Source: Coriobacteriales bacterium (lineage in GTDB: Bacteria; Actinomycetota; Coriobacteriia; Coriobacteriales; UBA8131). From it: a DNA stretch of 64,000 nt. The DNA is taken from NCBI GenBank assembly GCA_031282405.1, contig JAITDU010000023.1, positions 911 to 64,910 of the forward strand, in the 5' to 3' direction. The position numbers and the translations under genes are program-made. Under the pieces are notes generated by a model, which saw only the letters and a program-made list of their open reading frames with translations, searched no databases and had not been told where the DNA came from. This document shows, in pieces, positions 20,723 through 30,282 of the stretch (within the stretch, counting starts at the first letter, position 1; each line of letters opens with the position of its first letter).

Positions 20723-22111
20723 ATGAGGCAGTTGTGCAATACATCCATCCTACCCTCTCATTCAAGTGAGCATCGCATGCACAAGTCACGGCTTGAACAA
20801 TCTCGGGGGGCTTTTCGTCTCCTGTTGCCTTCTGACACTTTTCGCGCCTCTGATCAAAGGCGTAGCGGCAACAACGGCTTTACTCTCGTCGAGGTCGTTG
20901 TTGCGATAGCCATACTTGCCATAGTCATGACGGTCGTCGTCGGCAGCTTTGTGACCGCAGCAAACATCAGCGCCCGAACAAAAATCTCCTCCACCGACGC
21001 CGAGTCGGTGGAAGACAAAATCACAAAAGGTGAGGGAGGAGAGGCTACTCCCCTCGACGACTTCGAACTCAACGGCTTTAAGCTGCCAAGCGAGTCGGTA
21101 ACCTACACCGAGGGCGGTCGCAGCTACACGGTGCTCGTAGGTACAGACCCAGTGTCGGTGAATGTGCCCACGCTGTACATGGGCGACTTTACCGCGTTTA
21201 GTACTCTCATCCTCAAGCTCGACCCTACCGATGAGTACATAACGGAGGGGCTATACGACTCGGCGAGTAAAAACGTTACTGACGACGCTACGAAGATTAC
21301 GATGGGCACAGCTATGCCCCCTGACCTTTCTTCAGTGACGACCTCCTTCGTGGGGGTTAAAACATCAGGCAGCGACACAGGTTTCGAGTACAAAGCGCCC
21401 GCGAGTGGCTACTACAGACTCGAGGTGTGGGGGGCGGGAGCCAACGGCCCCAATTACGGCGGCTACTCCTATGGCGTCATCCAGCTGGCACAGGACGACA
21501 AACTGTATCTGTATGTCGGCGGCGCCTCCCCCGGCACCAGCGGCGGCGCCAACGGCGGCGGCACCGCCTCCAGCTCCGGCGGCAAGGGAGGCGGCGGGGC
21601 GACCGATATACGCATGAAGGCGAAAACGGTTTCCCTCAGCGCACCTATAAGCGAGAAATCTGGAGACCCCTCCCTCTATACCCGCGTGATAGTGGCCGGC
21701 GGCGCTGGCGCCGGCAGCGCCAGCTCCGAGTACGGCCCCGGCGGAGGTACTAGTGGTGGTACTAATGGTGGTACTCAAACAAGTGGTGCGAACTTTGGTT
21801 TTGGCGGCGCCGGCAGTAGTGCCGGAGGAGGAGGCTGGTACGGCGGCAAGGCCGGCATCTACGGTAGTGGCGGCTCGGGCTGGGTGTTCACCGTAGGTAC
21901 TTACAATGTGTGGAAGGCGTCTGCAGGAGGCAGCAAAGAGACAGAGCTCACGGAGACGAACTATACGTTTGCTGACATGGCTGCGGATGGATATTATCTG
22001 CAGCCGGATCCGGAGAAAGAGAACCGGAACCCGACGACCGTGAAAGGTTCCTCCAAGACAAGCAAGGGCGGCGGCTTCATCCGCATCACCTACCTCGGCA
22101 CGACATTTTGA
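20723..22111 (+). CDS. Prepilin-type N-terminal cleavage/methylation protein with C-terminal glycine-rich domain
   Basis: G|FTLVEVVVAIAILAIV class III signal; YRLEVWGAG, GGYSYG, LYLYVGG, GGGGATDIR, RVIVAGGAG, GGGGWYGG, GSGGSGW, GGFIRITY. Confidence 0.88.
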   Translation: MRQLCNTSILPSHSSEHRMHKSRLEQSRGAFRLLLPSDTFRASDQRRSGNNGFTLVEVVVAIAILAIVMTVVVGSFVTAANISARTKISSTDAESVEDKITKGEGGEATPLDDFELNGFKLPSESVTYTEGGRSYTVLVGTDPVSVNVPTLYMGDFTAFSTLILKLDPTDEYITEGLYDSASKNVTDDATKITMGTAMPPDLSSVTTSFVGVKTSGSDTGFEYKAPASGYYRLEVWGAGANGPNYGGYSYGVIQLAQDDKLYLYVGGASPGTSGGANGGGTASSSGGKGGGGATDIRMKAKTVSLSAPISEKSGDPSLYTRVIVAGGAGAGSASSEYGPGGGTSGGTNGGTQTSGANFGFGGAGSSAGGGGWYGGKAGIYGSGGSGWVFTVGTYNVWKASAGGSKETELTETNYTFADMAADGYYLQPDPEKENRNPTTVKGSSKTSKGGGFIRITYLGTTF

Positions 22112-22117
22112 CACAAT

Positions 22118-22198
22118 GACACAAGGGGACGGTTCCTTTGAAATGACACAAGGGGACGGTTCCTTTGTGTCAGACACAAGGGGACGGTTCCTTTGTGT
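22118..22198. repeat. Three tandem REP-like palindromic units
   Basis: GACACAAGGGGACGGTTCCTTTG(TGT) at 22118, 22145 and 22173, just after the pilin stop codon; same family as the 20379/20606 repeats. Confidence 0.88.
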
Positions 22199-22246
22199 TA
22201 TCGGCAACCCCCGCCATCCCGCAAACCCGCCCAGCGCCATTCAACA

Positions 22247-22302
22247 CAGACAATATGACCCGAACCCAGCCCCTCCAGGGCAGCTCGGGTCATATTGTCT
22301 GT
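22247..22302. repeat. Long stem-loop
   Basis: ACAGACAATATGACCCGA ... TCGGGTCATATTGTCTGT inverted repeat. Confidence 0.7.
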
Positions 22303-22309
22303 AAGATAC

Positions 22310-22453
22310 ATGGACGAGGCCATGCAGCCAATCGACACGCGAGCGACAACCAGGCTCACCGTCATGAGCGACAGCGAGTTTGGCGGTACGGCGTTTGCAC
22401 CTGACGACAAATCGCCTGTGAGCGACGTTTGGGGGCGGGGCGGTTCTTTGTAG
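22310..22453 (+). pseudogene. Remnant resembling the C-terminal half of a transposon-transfer assisting protein
   Basis: MDEAMQPIDTRATTRLTVMSDSEFGGTAFAPDD resembles, from memory, the MDxxM..L..MSDxEF..PD pattern of these small ICE proteins; adjoins relaxase and recombinase remnants. Confidence 0.4.
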
Positions 22454-22515
22454 GCTCTGGCCTGCAAAGGCCGTCTATATGCTGGATATGATACCTGAGG
22501 CCGTCCTACAACAAG

Positions 22516-22565
22516 AGGCGCGGCTGTCAGCTCGAAAGGGCTGGCAGCCGCGCCTTGTTTTTTTG
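22516..22565 (+). terminator. Intrinsic terminator (probably bidirectional)
   Basis: AGGCGCGGCTGTCAGCTC-GAAA-GGGCTGGCAGCCGCGCCT followed by TGTTTTTTT; lies at the 3' end of the convergent Bro-N gene. Confidence 0.75.
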
Positions 22566-22570
22566 TGCCG

Positions 22571-23452
22571 TTATTCCTTGTTAGTGCGCTTCGCGTTATC
22601 CGCGTCGTCGGTTATACCCTCGATCATGTCTGTCACAAGCGTGTTGAGCTGCGTGGCGTTCTTTGAGGTGATAACGGGTCTGCCCGTGTCGGCCTCGATC
22701 TCGTGGCGGGTGTTTCCCGCGATTCGACCGCCACGACGCGCTACCTGTCTGTTTTCCTCGAATGTCTCAGGTTCTGCAGTCTTTGAAATCTCTGTCGTTG
22801 TGGCCTCGGCAAGCATATTTAACACCAGTTCGAGCGTGGTCATGTTGTCGCGCAGGTTTTCCCTCTTCAAGCCTTTGAGGTCTTTGTACTGGCGCGTGTT
22901 CATGCCCGACCATGCTTTGGAAATCTCATCGGTGAGTATGGCGTATTCCATTCCCTGCTTCACGCCGCGAACATCCCATTCATCCGTTAACTCCTTGCGA
23001 ACCTGAATCGCCTGTAGGCGCTGATTTATCCACTCACGGGGGTAACCCTTTTTCAGATAGGTTTCAAGCGCGCGCTCTATCGTAAGCTCCGGGTCGATCA
23101 CCTCGTCAATGCGCTCGCTTCCCACACGGGCAAGCCACATCTTGAACGGCTCGGCCTTCTTGCTGGGAATGGACTGGACAAGGCGCAGGATGCCCTCAGC
23201 GTTTGCGGCAGTGATATGACGCATCTTCCCATCTACCGCCACCATCTCAACAGGGGTACAGATTGTACCCCACTTCGAGTTAAGCTCTACATCACGGCTG
23301 CGCATCTTCTTGATGTATTGCTTCACGTCTGCGCTGTCGGTCAAGACGGCCACGACATCGGAAACAGAAAAGAACCATTCCTCTTTCTCTCCATCCCACG
23401 CCGTGCGGATACGCCTGTTCTCAAACAGTTCAATCTTGTTGCCTTCATCCAT
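22571..23452 (-). CDS. Bro-N domain protein (antirepressor-like, mobile-element cargo)
   Basis: IELFENRRIRTAWD..EWFFSVSDVVAVLTDS, LRLVQSIPSKKAEPFKMWLA, KGYPREWI, LRDNMT. Confidence 0.85.
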   Translation of the reverse strand: MDEGNKIELFENRRIRTAWDGEKEEWFFSVSDVVAVLTDSADVKQYIKKMRSRDVELNSKWGTICTPVEMVAVDGKMRHITAANAEGILRLVQSIPSKKAEPFKMWLARVGSERIDEVIDPELTIERALETYLKKGYPREWINQRLQAIQVRKELTDEWDVRGVKQGMEYAILTDEISKAWSGMNTRQYKDLKGLKRENLRDNMTTLELVLNMLAEATTTEISKTAEPETFEENRQVARRGGRIAGNTRHEIEADTGRPVITSKNATQLNTLVTDMIEGITDDADNAKRTNKE

Positions 23453-23512
23453 TTGGAACTCCTTTCTGTCAAAGACGTTATATCGCAAACCTGCGTTTGC
23501 GGCAATCAGGGC

Positions 23513-24037
23513 CTACAGCTCCGTACTGCGTTCTTTACCCTTTTCTTTCTTGTCTGCTGGATTCAGTATGCTGTCCACGTTACGCTTGATTACCCCGTAC
23601 TCATGAGCCTGCTTCCTCAGCGTGGCGTACTTCGCTTTGAGGGTGTCCCTGCACTCAGTGAGCTTGGCGTGTTCGGTTCGCAGAGCGGCGAGGCTTGGCA
23701 GCCTGCCGCCGTCTGGCCGCAGCTTCTTCAATGCCCGCACAGCAGCCTCGTGCAGTATCAAAGCACTTTCGTGTTCGCGACGGTAAGCGTCCCTGTCCTT
23801 TGCCGCCCGCAATCCTTCGGCGGCGGGCTTGGTGGCGCGGTAGGTCTCGATGTGTTTTATCAGCACGGCCATGTCGGTGAGGCGCTTGTCTGCGGACTTG
23901 AGCGTTGCTGCGGCCCCATCGAAAGTGGCAGCGACCTCTGCGGACTTGGCTTCCAAGTCGGCGAAGTGCAAAAGGCTGTTCTCCGTGAGGAAGTTCAGCG
24001 TCTTGGCGGCTTCTTTGAGGTTGGCTATCTTTGCCCA
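23513..24037 (-). pseudogene. C-terminal fragment of a relaxase/mobilization nuclease
   Basis: WAKIANLKEAAKTLNFLTEN..ADLE.., YRREHESALILHEAA, KRNVDSIL..KERSTEL; the catalytic N-terminus is missing. Confidence 0.75.
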
Positions 24038-24175
24038 AAGACCCCGCCGACCCCAAGAGGTGGATAGTCGATGAGGTTGCCGCTGCCATCGTTCAAAAGA
24101 TTTATGCCCTTTGCATCGACGGACTGGCGGCATCAAGGATAGCCAGTTGGCTTTTTGCGCACAACATCCCTCATT
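24037..24175 (+). pseudogene. Internal fragment of a large serine recombinase
   Basis: KDPADPKRWIVDEVAAAIVQKIYALCIDG..SRIA..L matches the start of a recombinase domain; abuts the relaxase fragment. Confidence 0.7.
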
Positions 24176-24211
24176 CTACATTTGTTGAACATTCTTGCAT
24201 ACAGCAAAAAA

Positions 24212-24598
24212 TCACTTTGCTGACTCAGGCGGCTTTTCAGGTAAAATCTCAAGCCAGCAACCGTCAGGATCCGTAATAAAATAGATGCCCATATCGTAAT
24301 TTTCATAGACGATGCAACCCATATCCTCATGCAGCGCATGGGCCTCGTCAAAGTCAGAAACAGCAAAGGCAAGATGGGTGTCTTCGCTGCCGTTGTCATA
24401 GGGTTTGTTGCGCCCTTTATTCCATGTAAGCTCAAGCTCAAAGTCCGTGGTGTCGTTAGCAAGAAAAGCGATCTTCCAGCTGCTGTCTGCGGGGCCTACC
24501 TCGCGCACCGGCTCAAGCCCAAGGGCCTTTTTGTAAAACGCCAGCGAGGCGTCCATGTCGAGAACGTGCAGATTCTCATGTATCATTCGTGCTTTCAT
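24212..24598 (-). CDS. VOC family protein (lactoylglutathione lyase-like)
   Basis: HENLHVLDMDASLAFY, ELELTWN, HLAF, YFITDPDGCWLE. Confidence 0.88.
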   Translation of the reverse strand: MKARMIHENLHVLDMDASLAFYKKALGLEPVREVGPADSSWKIAFLANDTTDFELELTWNKGRNKPYDNGSEDTHLAFAVSDFDEAHALHEDMGCIVYENYDMGIYFITDPDGCWLEILPEKPPESAK

Positions 24599-24687
24599 TC
24601 AAGCCTCTTTCACCTTTTGCTCCTACAGATTTGTGTTATCTGGCCTGCAAAATTTGTGTTCAGACTAATGCTACCGCATTTTATCCG

Positions 24688-25689
24688 CTATTGCATTAAT
24701 TCCTCTTGAGACAGCTGCCTTTTTCTGCGGTACCAGTTGCGGATAGAATGGGCCGCCCATTCGTAGAGGGGAATCGTCAGAAAGATAATCCACGCGGGGT
24801 GCGGCTGGTCATTTGCGCACATCCACAAAAACCAACAGGCTGTCAGCAGCGGGTAGATGCCAAAAAAGATATCAGAGGCTTTGTGCTTGACGATACCATG
24901 AACGATAATATAGTAGAGGGGAATGCTAAAAAAGACGAAGAGGCCTATCACCCAGGCATCATAGATAAAGCCGACAAGGAGATAGACGCAGGTTACCAGT
25001 ACCGGGAAGGGGAACTTCAACCAGGCGCTGGTACGTCGCCATCCGCCTTCATGCCAATCCCATTCATCTGTCTTTCCGTGAGCATCTTCCTTCTCGACAT
25101 GGATACCGTCGGCAAAACTTACGTGCACTTTCTCGCCGTCGCCCTCTACATGGATGCCGTCTTTCCAGTTTATGTGCACCTTGTCTTTGCCGTCATCGAC
25201 GTGGATGCCGTCTTTGAAGCTGACGTGCACTTTCTCGCCGTTACTACAGCAGGTTCGTCCGTCGTCTGGCTCCTCGCTGGCTTGTTTGTCTGCCTGCTCG
25301 TCAGGCTGGGGCGCTCCGTGTTGATTGTCTGCCTGCTCATTGGCTTGCTCATTGACCCGCGCCGCATCGTATTGCTGGTCGGTCGGTCGGCTTGTCAGCG
25401 TATCAACCCGCGCCGCACTGTGTTGCTCACTGTTGTGCCTGTCTGCTCGATCCTGCTGTTCAAACTCCACATCATCCTTGATGCTGACGTCTACATAGAG
25501 CAAGTCGTCTAACGACACCCCATACAGCTCGGCCAAAGCGATGAGGTTGTCGGTATCGGGAGAAGACTCCGAACGTTCCCACTTGGACACCGCCTGGCGC
25601 GTAACGCCCAGCTTGTCAGCCAGGGCCTCCTGTGAAAGCCCACGCTCGCGACGGCGCGTGGCGAGCCTTTCGGCAATATCTACATTCAT
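24688..25689 (-). CDS. XRE-family HTH protein with repeat linker and C-terminal membrane domain
   Basis: LSQEALADKLGVTRQAVSKWE..PDTDNL; three KVH(V/I)xxxDGIHV repeats; four hydrophobic segments. Confidence 0.88.
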   Translation of the reverse strand: MNVDIAERLATRRRERGLSQEALADKLGVTRQAVSKWERSESSPDTDNLIALAELYGVSLDDLLYVDVSIKDDVEFEQQDRADRHNSEQHSAARVDTLTSRPTDQQYDAARVNEQANEQADNQHGAPQPDEQADKQASEEPDDGRTCCSNGEKVHVSFKDGIHVDDGKDKVHINWKDGIHVEGDGEKVHVSFADGIHVEKEDAHGKTDEWDWHEGGWRRTSAWLKFPFPVLVTCVYLLVGFIYDAWVIGLFVFFSIPLYYIIVHGIVKHKASDIFFGIYPLLTACWFLWMCANDQPHPAWIIFLTIPLYEWAAHSIRNWYRRKRQLSQEELMQ

Positions 25690-25924
25690 GGTTATCTCCT
25701 CGTATTCCTGATATTCCTGAACCTACGCGTTGTTTCCAAAGGAACCGAGTCTAAAAAGCTGGGTCTTTTATGGTCTGACCAACTTGCGTCAGCACTTCAC
25801 GTAAGTTATTGCTTCCAAAGGAACTGGATCCTTAGGTGATCTGCCGCTCTGAATCAACTATAGCAGCAAAGCCTACTTTACGGTTGCGCAAGGCCAAATG
25901 CCAGCTATTCCAGTTGGAATTTTA

Positions 25925-25941
25925 CGCAACTTTTGGTTGCG
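25925..25941. promoter_or_regulatory. Palindromic operator candidate upstream of the XRE gene
   Basis: CGCAAC-TTTTG-GTTGCG; related half-site CGGTTGCG near 25881. Confidence 0.45.
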
Positions 25942-26332
25942 AGTGGGCAATAGGGTCTGTGCTGGGGAGTTGATTCTTGCTGAGGAACTGGTATTCGGGC
26001 TTCGCCTACGAGCGAAGAATGCTATTCCAGAAAGGATGCTTGTTTCCCATCGTTTATGGGTGACAAAAGTGAGTTTAGCGGACTATTTAAACCGTAAGTG
26101 TGGTAATGAGAATCACATAGATACCCCCAGAAGTTTGCCTGTCAAGGGTTGACAATCATACCGTCCTTTTGTCATGTTCGTTCCCTTGTCATGTTTGTCA
26201 CTGTCCCTTGTCACCCTGCAGTCCAGTTGGTTCGCAAACCCAGCCACCCGTGCTTTGCTGTAGGCGAAGCATAAAATGTTAGAATTGGCGATACTACTAA
26301 GTTGATTCAGAGTCCAGGGAGGCAGGTGCGCT

Positions 26333-27424
26333 ATGCGGATCAAGGCGGCTATCGTCAAAGAGCCGGACGGAGCATTTTTGATAGAGGAGCTCGAGCTGGA
26401 CAAACCGCAGCCGGGCGAGCTGCTGGTGCGCTTGGAGGCCGTGGGAATCTGCGCGACCGACGCGGCCGCCCGTGCACAACATGTCCCAACGCCTTTGCCG
26501 GCGGTTCTTGGTCATGAGGGCGCTGGAATAGTTGAAGCTATTGGCGCTGGAGTGAGCGGCTTTGCACTTGGCGACCGCATCTGCCTGACGTTTAGCTCAT
26601 GCGGTAGCTGCGAATTCTGTCTTGATGCTAAACCCTGGCGCTGCGAGCAATCGGGGCGATTGAATTTTGGCGGTGCTTGTCTTGATGGTTCACATCGCCT
26701 GCATTATGGCGACAGTGAAGTGTCGGCTTTCTTTGGCCAGGGATCCTTTGCCACGCATGCCGTTGTAAACTTCCTCAGCGCGGTGCGCGTCGGCAATGAT
26801 GTTCCGCCAGAAGTCGCAGCGCCGTTGGGCTGTGGTGTCCAAACCGGAGCAGGCACGATTCTCAACGTGCTCAAAGTCACTCCGGGAACATCGATCTCTG
26901 TCATCGGTATGGGCACGGTGGGCATGAGCGCAGTGATGGCCGCGCGCCTCGCCGGAGCCAGGCCAATCATCGCTGTGGGCGGCAATGCTAAAACCTTGGA
27001 ATTGGCCGCCGAGCTGGGCGCCACGCATGCGATTAATCGCCGCGAAACGGCAGACATAGCAGCGGCAATCCGCATGATTACCGACAAGGGCACACATTTT
27101 ACGCTGGACAGCTCTGGCAACGCTGCGCTGATAACAGCTGCGCTGCACGGACTGCGCCCAAACGGCACCCTGGCCTTAGTCGCGCCCTGCGAGGACCTGC
27201 ACCTTGATGTTTTCTCCGACCTGATAGACTACACACGACGCATCGTAGGCGTGATGGAAGGAGCCTCGAACCCCAAATTGTTCATTCCACTGCTGCTGGA
27301 CTACTACAAAGCGGGATTGCTGCCCTTAGACCGCATCATCACAACCTATCCCTTTGAAGATATCGAACAAGCCTTTGTCGACTCTCAAGAGGGAAACGTC
27401 ATCAAAGCTGTGTTGAAAATGTGA
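26333..27424 (+). CDS. Zn-dependent aryl/benzyl-alcohol dehydrogenase-like protein
   Basis: GICATD, VLGHEGAG, CGSCEFC..C, FFGQGSFA, APLGCGVQTGAG, GMGTVG. Confidence 0.9.
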   Translation: MRIKAAIVKEPDGAFLIEELELDKPQPGELLVRLEAVGICATDAAARAQHVPTPLPAVLGHEGAGIVEAIGAGVSGFALGDRICLTFSSCGSCEFCLDAKPWRCEQSGRLNFGGACLDGSHRLHYGDSEVSAFFGQGSFATHAVVNFLSAVRVGNDVPPEVAAPLGCGVQTGAGTILNVLKVTPGTSISVIGMGTVGMSAVMAARLAGARPIIAVGGNAKTLELAAELGATHAINRRETADIAAAIRMITDKGTHFTLDSSGNAALITAALHGLRPNGTLALVAPCEDLHLDVFSDLIDYTRRIVGVMEGASNPKLFIPLLLDYYKAGLLPLDRIITTYPFEDIEQAFVDSQEGNVIKAVLKM

Positions 27425-27571
27425 GCGGGCAGAGGACTGCGCCTTATGCCTGGCGGGCGCAAGGCGCTCGGTAGTGGCTCGTGCAAACGCACGCCTCAAA
27501 GCCGGGTGTGAGCCTGGCGAGCGTAAGGCTCGCGATGTCTCTCTCACCCTAATAAAGCTATTATACTAGCA

Positions 27572-29212
27572 TTATGTTTTGAGCTTGTTGGGTGCCCATT
27601 CCGAGTTGGCACTGGACTTACCGGCCAGATAGCCATGGAAGAGAGCGTAGGCGTTGCAGAGGCCGGGGATAGCCATCTGGTAGCCGCTACCCAGGCGCCA
27701 ACCAACGGTGTTGCCGGCGGCGAAGAGGCCGGGAATCGGCTGCCAGTCCTTGTCCAGAACCTCCATCTTGTCATTGCACTTGACACCACTGGAGGTACAG
27801 TAAAAGAAGGCCTCGGACTTTACGGCCACATAGGGCGGATCATCAATGGGGTCGAGGTACTTGGGCAGCTTGCCCCAATCCCGGTCGAAGCCGGCCGCGC
27901 AGTTGGCGTTGTACCTCTCCACCGTCTGCACCAGGGTCTCGGGATCTACGCCAATCTTGACAGCCAGCTCCGCGATACTGTTTGCCTCATGCCACTCCGA
28001 GGTTTGCTTGACTTTTTCGTGCCAGACCGCAAGGTCGGCATTGAAGGGCAAGGTGATGGGCATGGTAAAGTCATTGGTCGGCCGAATCTGCCAGTAGTAG
28101 TTGCTGCCTTCGGGCAGCTCGGCCAAAAGGTGGGTGTGCGCAAGCCAGGAGACAGATTCGTTTTGGAAGCGTCGGCCGCTCGCATCCACGGCCAGGTAGG
28201 GCCACCAGTTGTAGCCGGTGCTGAACCAGGACTGGTACGAGGGGTCGATTTCCTCCATTGCAGCACCCGCCCAGCAAAGCATCTTATGGCCTTGGCCGTC
28301 GTCCATGGGCTCGGTGGCGGTAATCGGTGTCTTGTCGCTGATTCGGGCATTGTACCAGCCATAACGCTTGGCAAAGCGAGCCAGGAAAGGTGGCGCGAAA
28401 TGCGCCATCATCGCGTCGTTAGCACCGTAGGAACCGCTGCACACAACCACACCTTTGCTGGCACTATAGTGTATGTGCCGGCCAGATTCGTCGCTGGCGA
28501 TCAGGCCCGTGACCCGTCCGTCCGCATCCTGAGTGAGCACGCGGGCAGTGGTGTTAAAGTGCATCTGACAACCGTGGCTTTTTAGCCAGTTGTGCATCAT
28601 AAAGTTGAAGTCCTCCAGACTGTCGCGGCCGCTGGGGTCAAAATTGACGTGGCTGTTCAAGGACTGCAACAGCTCCCGCTGGCGATCTGGATAAGGCGTC
28701 TGCACGGAGACGCGCGCCGGGAAGCCAGCCGGCTCCAGCACTTGCTCCACTAATTCATCAAGCACAGCGCCGCTATAAAACACCCATTGACTGAGCAGAC
28801 TGAGGTCGCAACGGGCGGCCAGTTGATTAAAGACTGTCTGGATGACCTGATATTCATCCTGGCGAGGCTGGCCTTGCTCCAACTGGAAGCGAGAGTTAAC
28901 GAAGCCGATACCGCTACCGCCGATGTGCGCCGTGCTATTGCGCTCCAACACAATGACCGATGCGCCCTCCAGAATAGCACTATAGGCGGCGAACTCTCCG
29001 GCCAGCGCAGAACCGACGATGATGACATCGGCCTGATAGGCGGCCGCGCAGTCCTCGGGCTTGAGGTCTGGCGGCTTTCCCAGCCAGTCGGTAGCAGTGG
29101 GGGGTACTGGATCGCCAGCACTGGCATCGTCTACAGTAGGCGGAGTCGGGCGGGTGGTTGCCGCAATTTGGGGCACATCCAGGTCAACGTGGGTGTCTGC
29201 GTTAGCGCTCAT
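27572..29212 (-). CDS. FAD-binding oxidoreductase (fumarate reductase/flavocytochrome c flavoprotein family), no Tat signal
   Basis: DVIIVGSALAG, SKGVVVCSGSY, DDGQGHKM, GRRFQNE, TVERYN..D.DWGK, IPGLFAAGN. Confidence 0.88.
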   Translation of the reverse strand: MSANADTHVDLDVPQIAATTRPTPPTVDDASAGDPVPPTATDWLGKPPDLKPEDCAAAYQADVIIVGSALAGEFAAYSAILEGASVIVLERNSTAHIGGSGIGFVNSRFQLEQGQPRQDEYQVIQTVFNQLAARCDLSLLSQWVFYSGAVLDELVEQVLEPAGFPARVSVQTPYPDRQRELLQSLNSHVNFDPSGRDSLEDFNFMMHNWLKSHGCQMHFNTTARVLTQDADGRVTGLIASDESGRHIHYSASKGVVVCSGSYGANDAMMAHFAPPFLARFAKRYGWYNARISDKTPITATEPMDDGQGHKMLCWAGAAMEEIDPSYQSWFSTGYNWWPYLAVDASGRRFQNESVSWLAHTHLLAELPEGSNYYWQIRPTNDFTMPITLPFNADLAVWHEKVKQTSEWHEANSIAELAVKIGVDPETLVQTVERYNANCAAGFDRDWGKLPKYLDPIDDPPYVAVKSEAFFYCTSSGVKCNDKMEVLDKDWQPIPGLFAAGNTVGWRLGSGYQMAIPGLCNAYALFHGYLAGKSSANSEWAPNKLKT

Positions 29213-30106
29213 GGCGAATCTCCCTTCTCAACGGTGGTGCGGCTGCGTTTTGGTACGGCTACATCTTAGTGTGGCTACGTCTTGTCCCACTTCGTCAATT
29301 TTGCACACCATTTTTGCGCTACCACCTCAAGTCCAGATAATTCTCATCGGAGGAAGAACATCTGCTGGCTTTATCTGCTGGCTTTGAGACATGTGTCGCG
29401 CCAACGTAAAGTTTTGGTGTAAAGACGTGGTGTAAAGCCATGGTGAAAAGTCGATGTAATTGTACCATTGTCGCAACAGCAAAGAGGCAGCAAGGGCGGC
29501 CTTTTGTCACCTTTATTCCGTTGGCGTTTCTTTGCGTTGTTGGCCTCAATGGCTATACTTGATTGTGACCATTCTGTCGAACTAATGCCCATAACGGCAA
29601 GAGAGGCGCTGCTGGGTATTCCTGCATAGCATAAATACCTTTTAAGAGGTCGCCATAGTTCGCCCGTACCAATGGGAAGCGTCGAATCTTCTTTAACGGA
29701 CAGCTCTGAATGCCTGCGCAGACGGCTTCGCCGAGCCAAAATTGCGCCGCGATACAAGATTGGGGCGGCCCCTCATGTTCTGCGCTTGTTGTATCCGGCA
29801 TCGGCACGGCTGCGCCATTGATGACCCCTGTGGCGACCTCACAGGGGAGCAGTTGAAGTGAGAGGCGAAGTACGCCAGGAACAACTGCGGCTAGACAAAC
29901 AGAACTGATATCGCCACGCGCCCAAACAGACCTGGGCAGAATTGACTCGAAATCTGACGTACTCCCCGGGGTCCCCGCGAAACCCGAAGGAGCGATGCGA
30001 CTGAGTTTCGTGGGGTGGGAAGCTATAAATCGGCACCCTTCTATGCGCAACACAAAGCATTTCGCTAATCTGTTGGCTGAATGGAGCTTTTTTCGTCTAA
30101 ATGGAG

Positions 30107-30159
30107 TTGCAAAGCTTAAATCTATAAAGTAAGCTCATGAAGTTAGAGTACTTTAACTT
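30107..30159 (+). promoter_or_regulatory. Sigma-70-type promoter with DtxR/IdeR-like metal-repressor box
   Basis: TTGCAA (30107)-17 bp-TAAGCT (30130); near-palindrome AAGTTAGAGTACTTTAACTT (30140-30159, 18/20 self-complementary) upstream of the uptake operon. Confidence 0.6.
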
Positions 30160-30282
30160 TAGAAGGCTCCCCTTGCGCTGCCGTCGTATGCTGCGCACTT
30201 TGGCATACTTAAACCGGATGTCACCGCATTTTAGCGCGGGAGGAAAATCAGATACCGCACCAAGCAGATTGGAAGAGAGCGC

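Noticed and set aside
22118-22198. CRISPR array
   Set aside because: Units are separated by only 2-4 nt, with no unique spacers and no cas genes; they fit REP-like palindromes better.
20723-22310. Diversity-generating retroelement target (pilin followed by hairpins)
   Set aside because: No reverse transcriptase and no template/variable repeat pair visible in the window.
23216-28585. Long antisense ORFs (e.g. 23216-24067, 24706-25512, 27635-28585)
   Set aside because: They overlap well-supported genes on the opposite strand and carry no recognizable motifs; expected in GC-rich DNA.
29550-29960. Cobalamin riboswitch or LysR pseudogene upstream of the ECF operon
   Set aside because: No B12 box seen; LysR resemblance is limited to one short peptide (CSALVVSGIG) amid stop codons.
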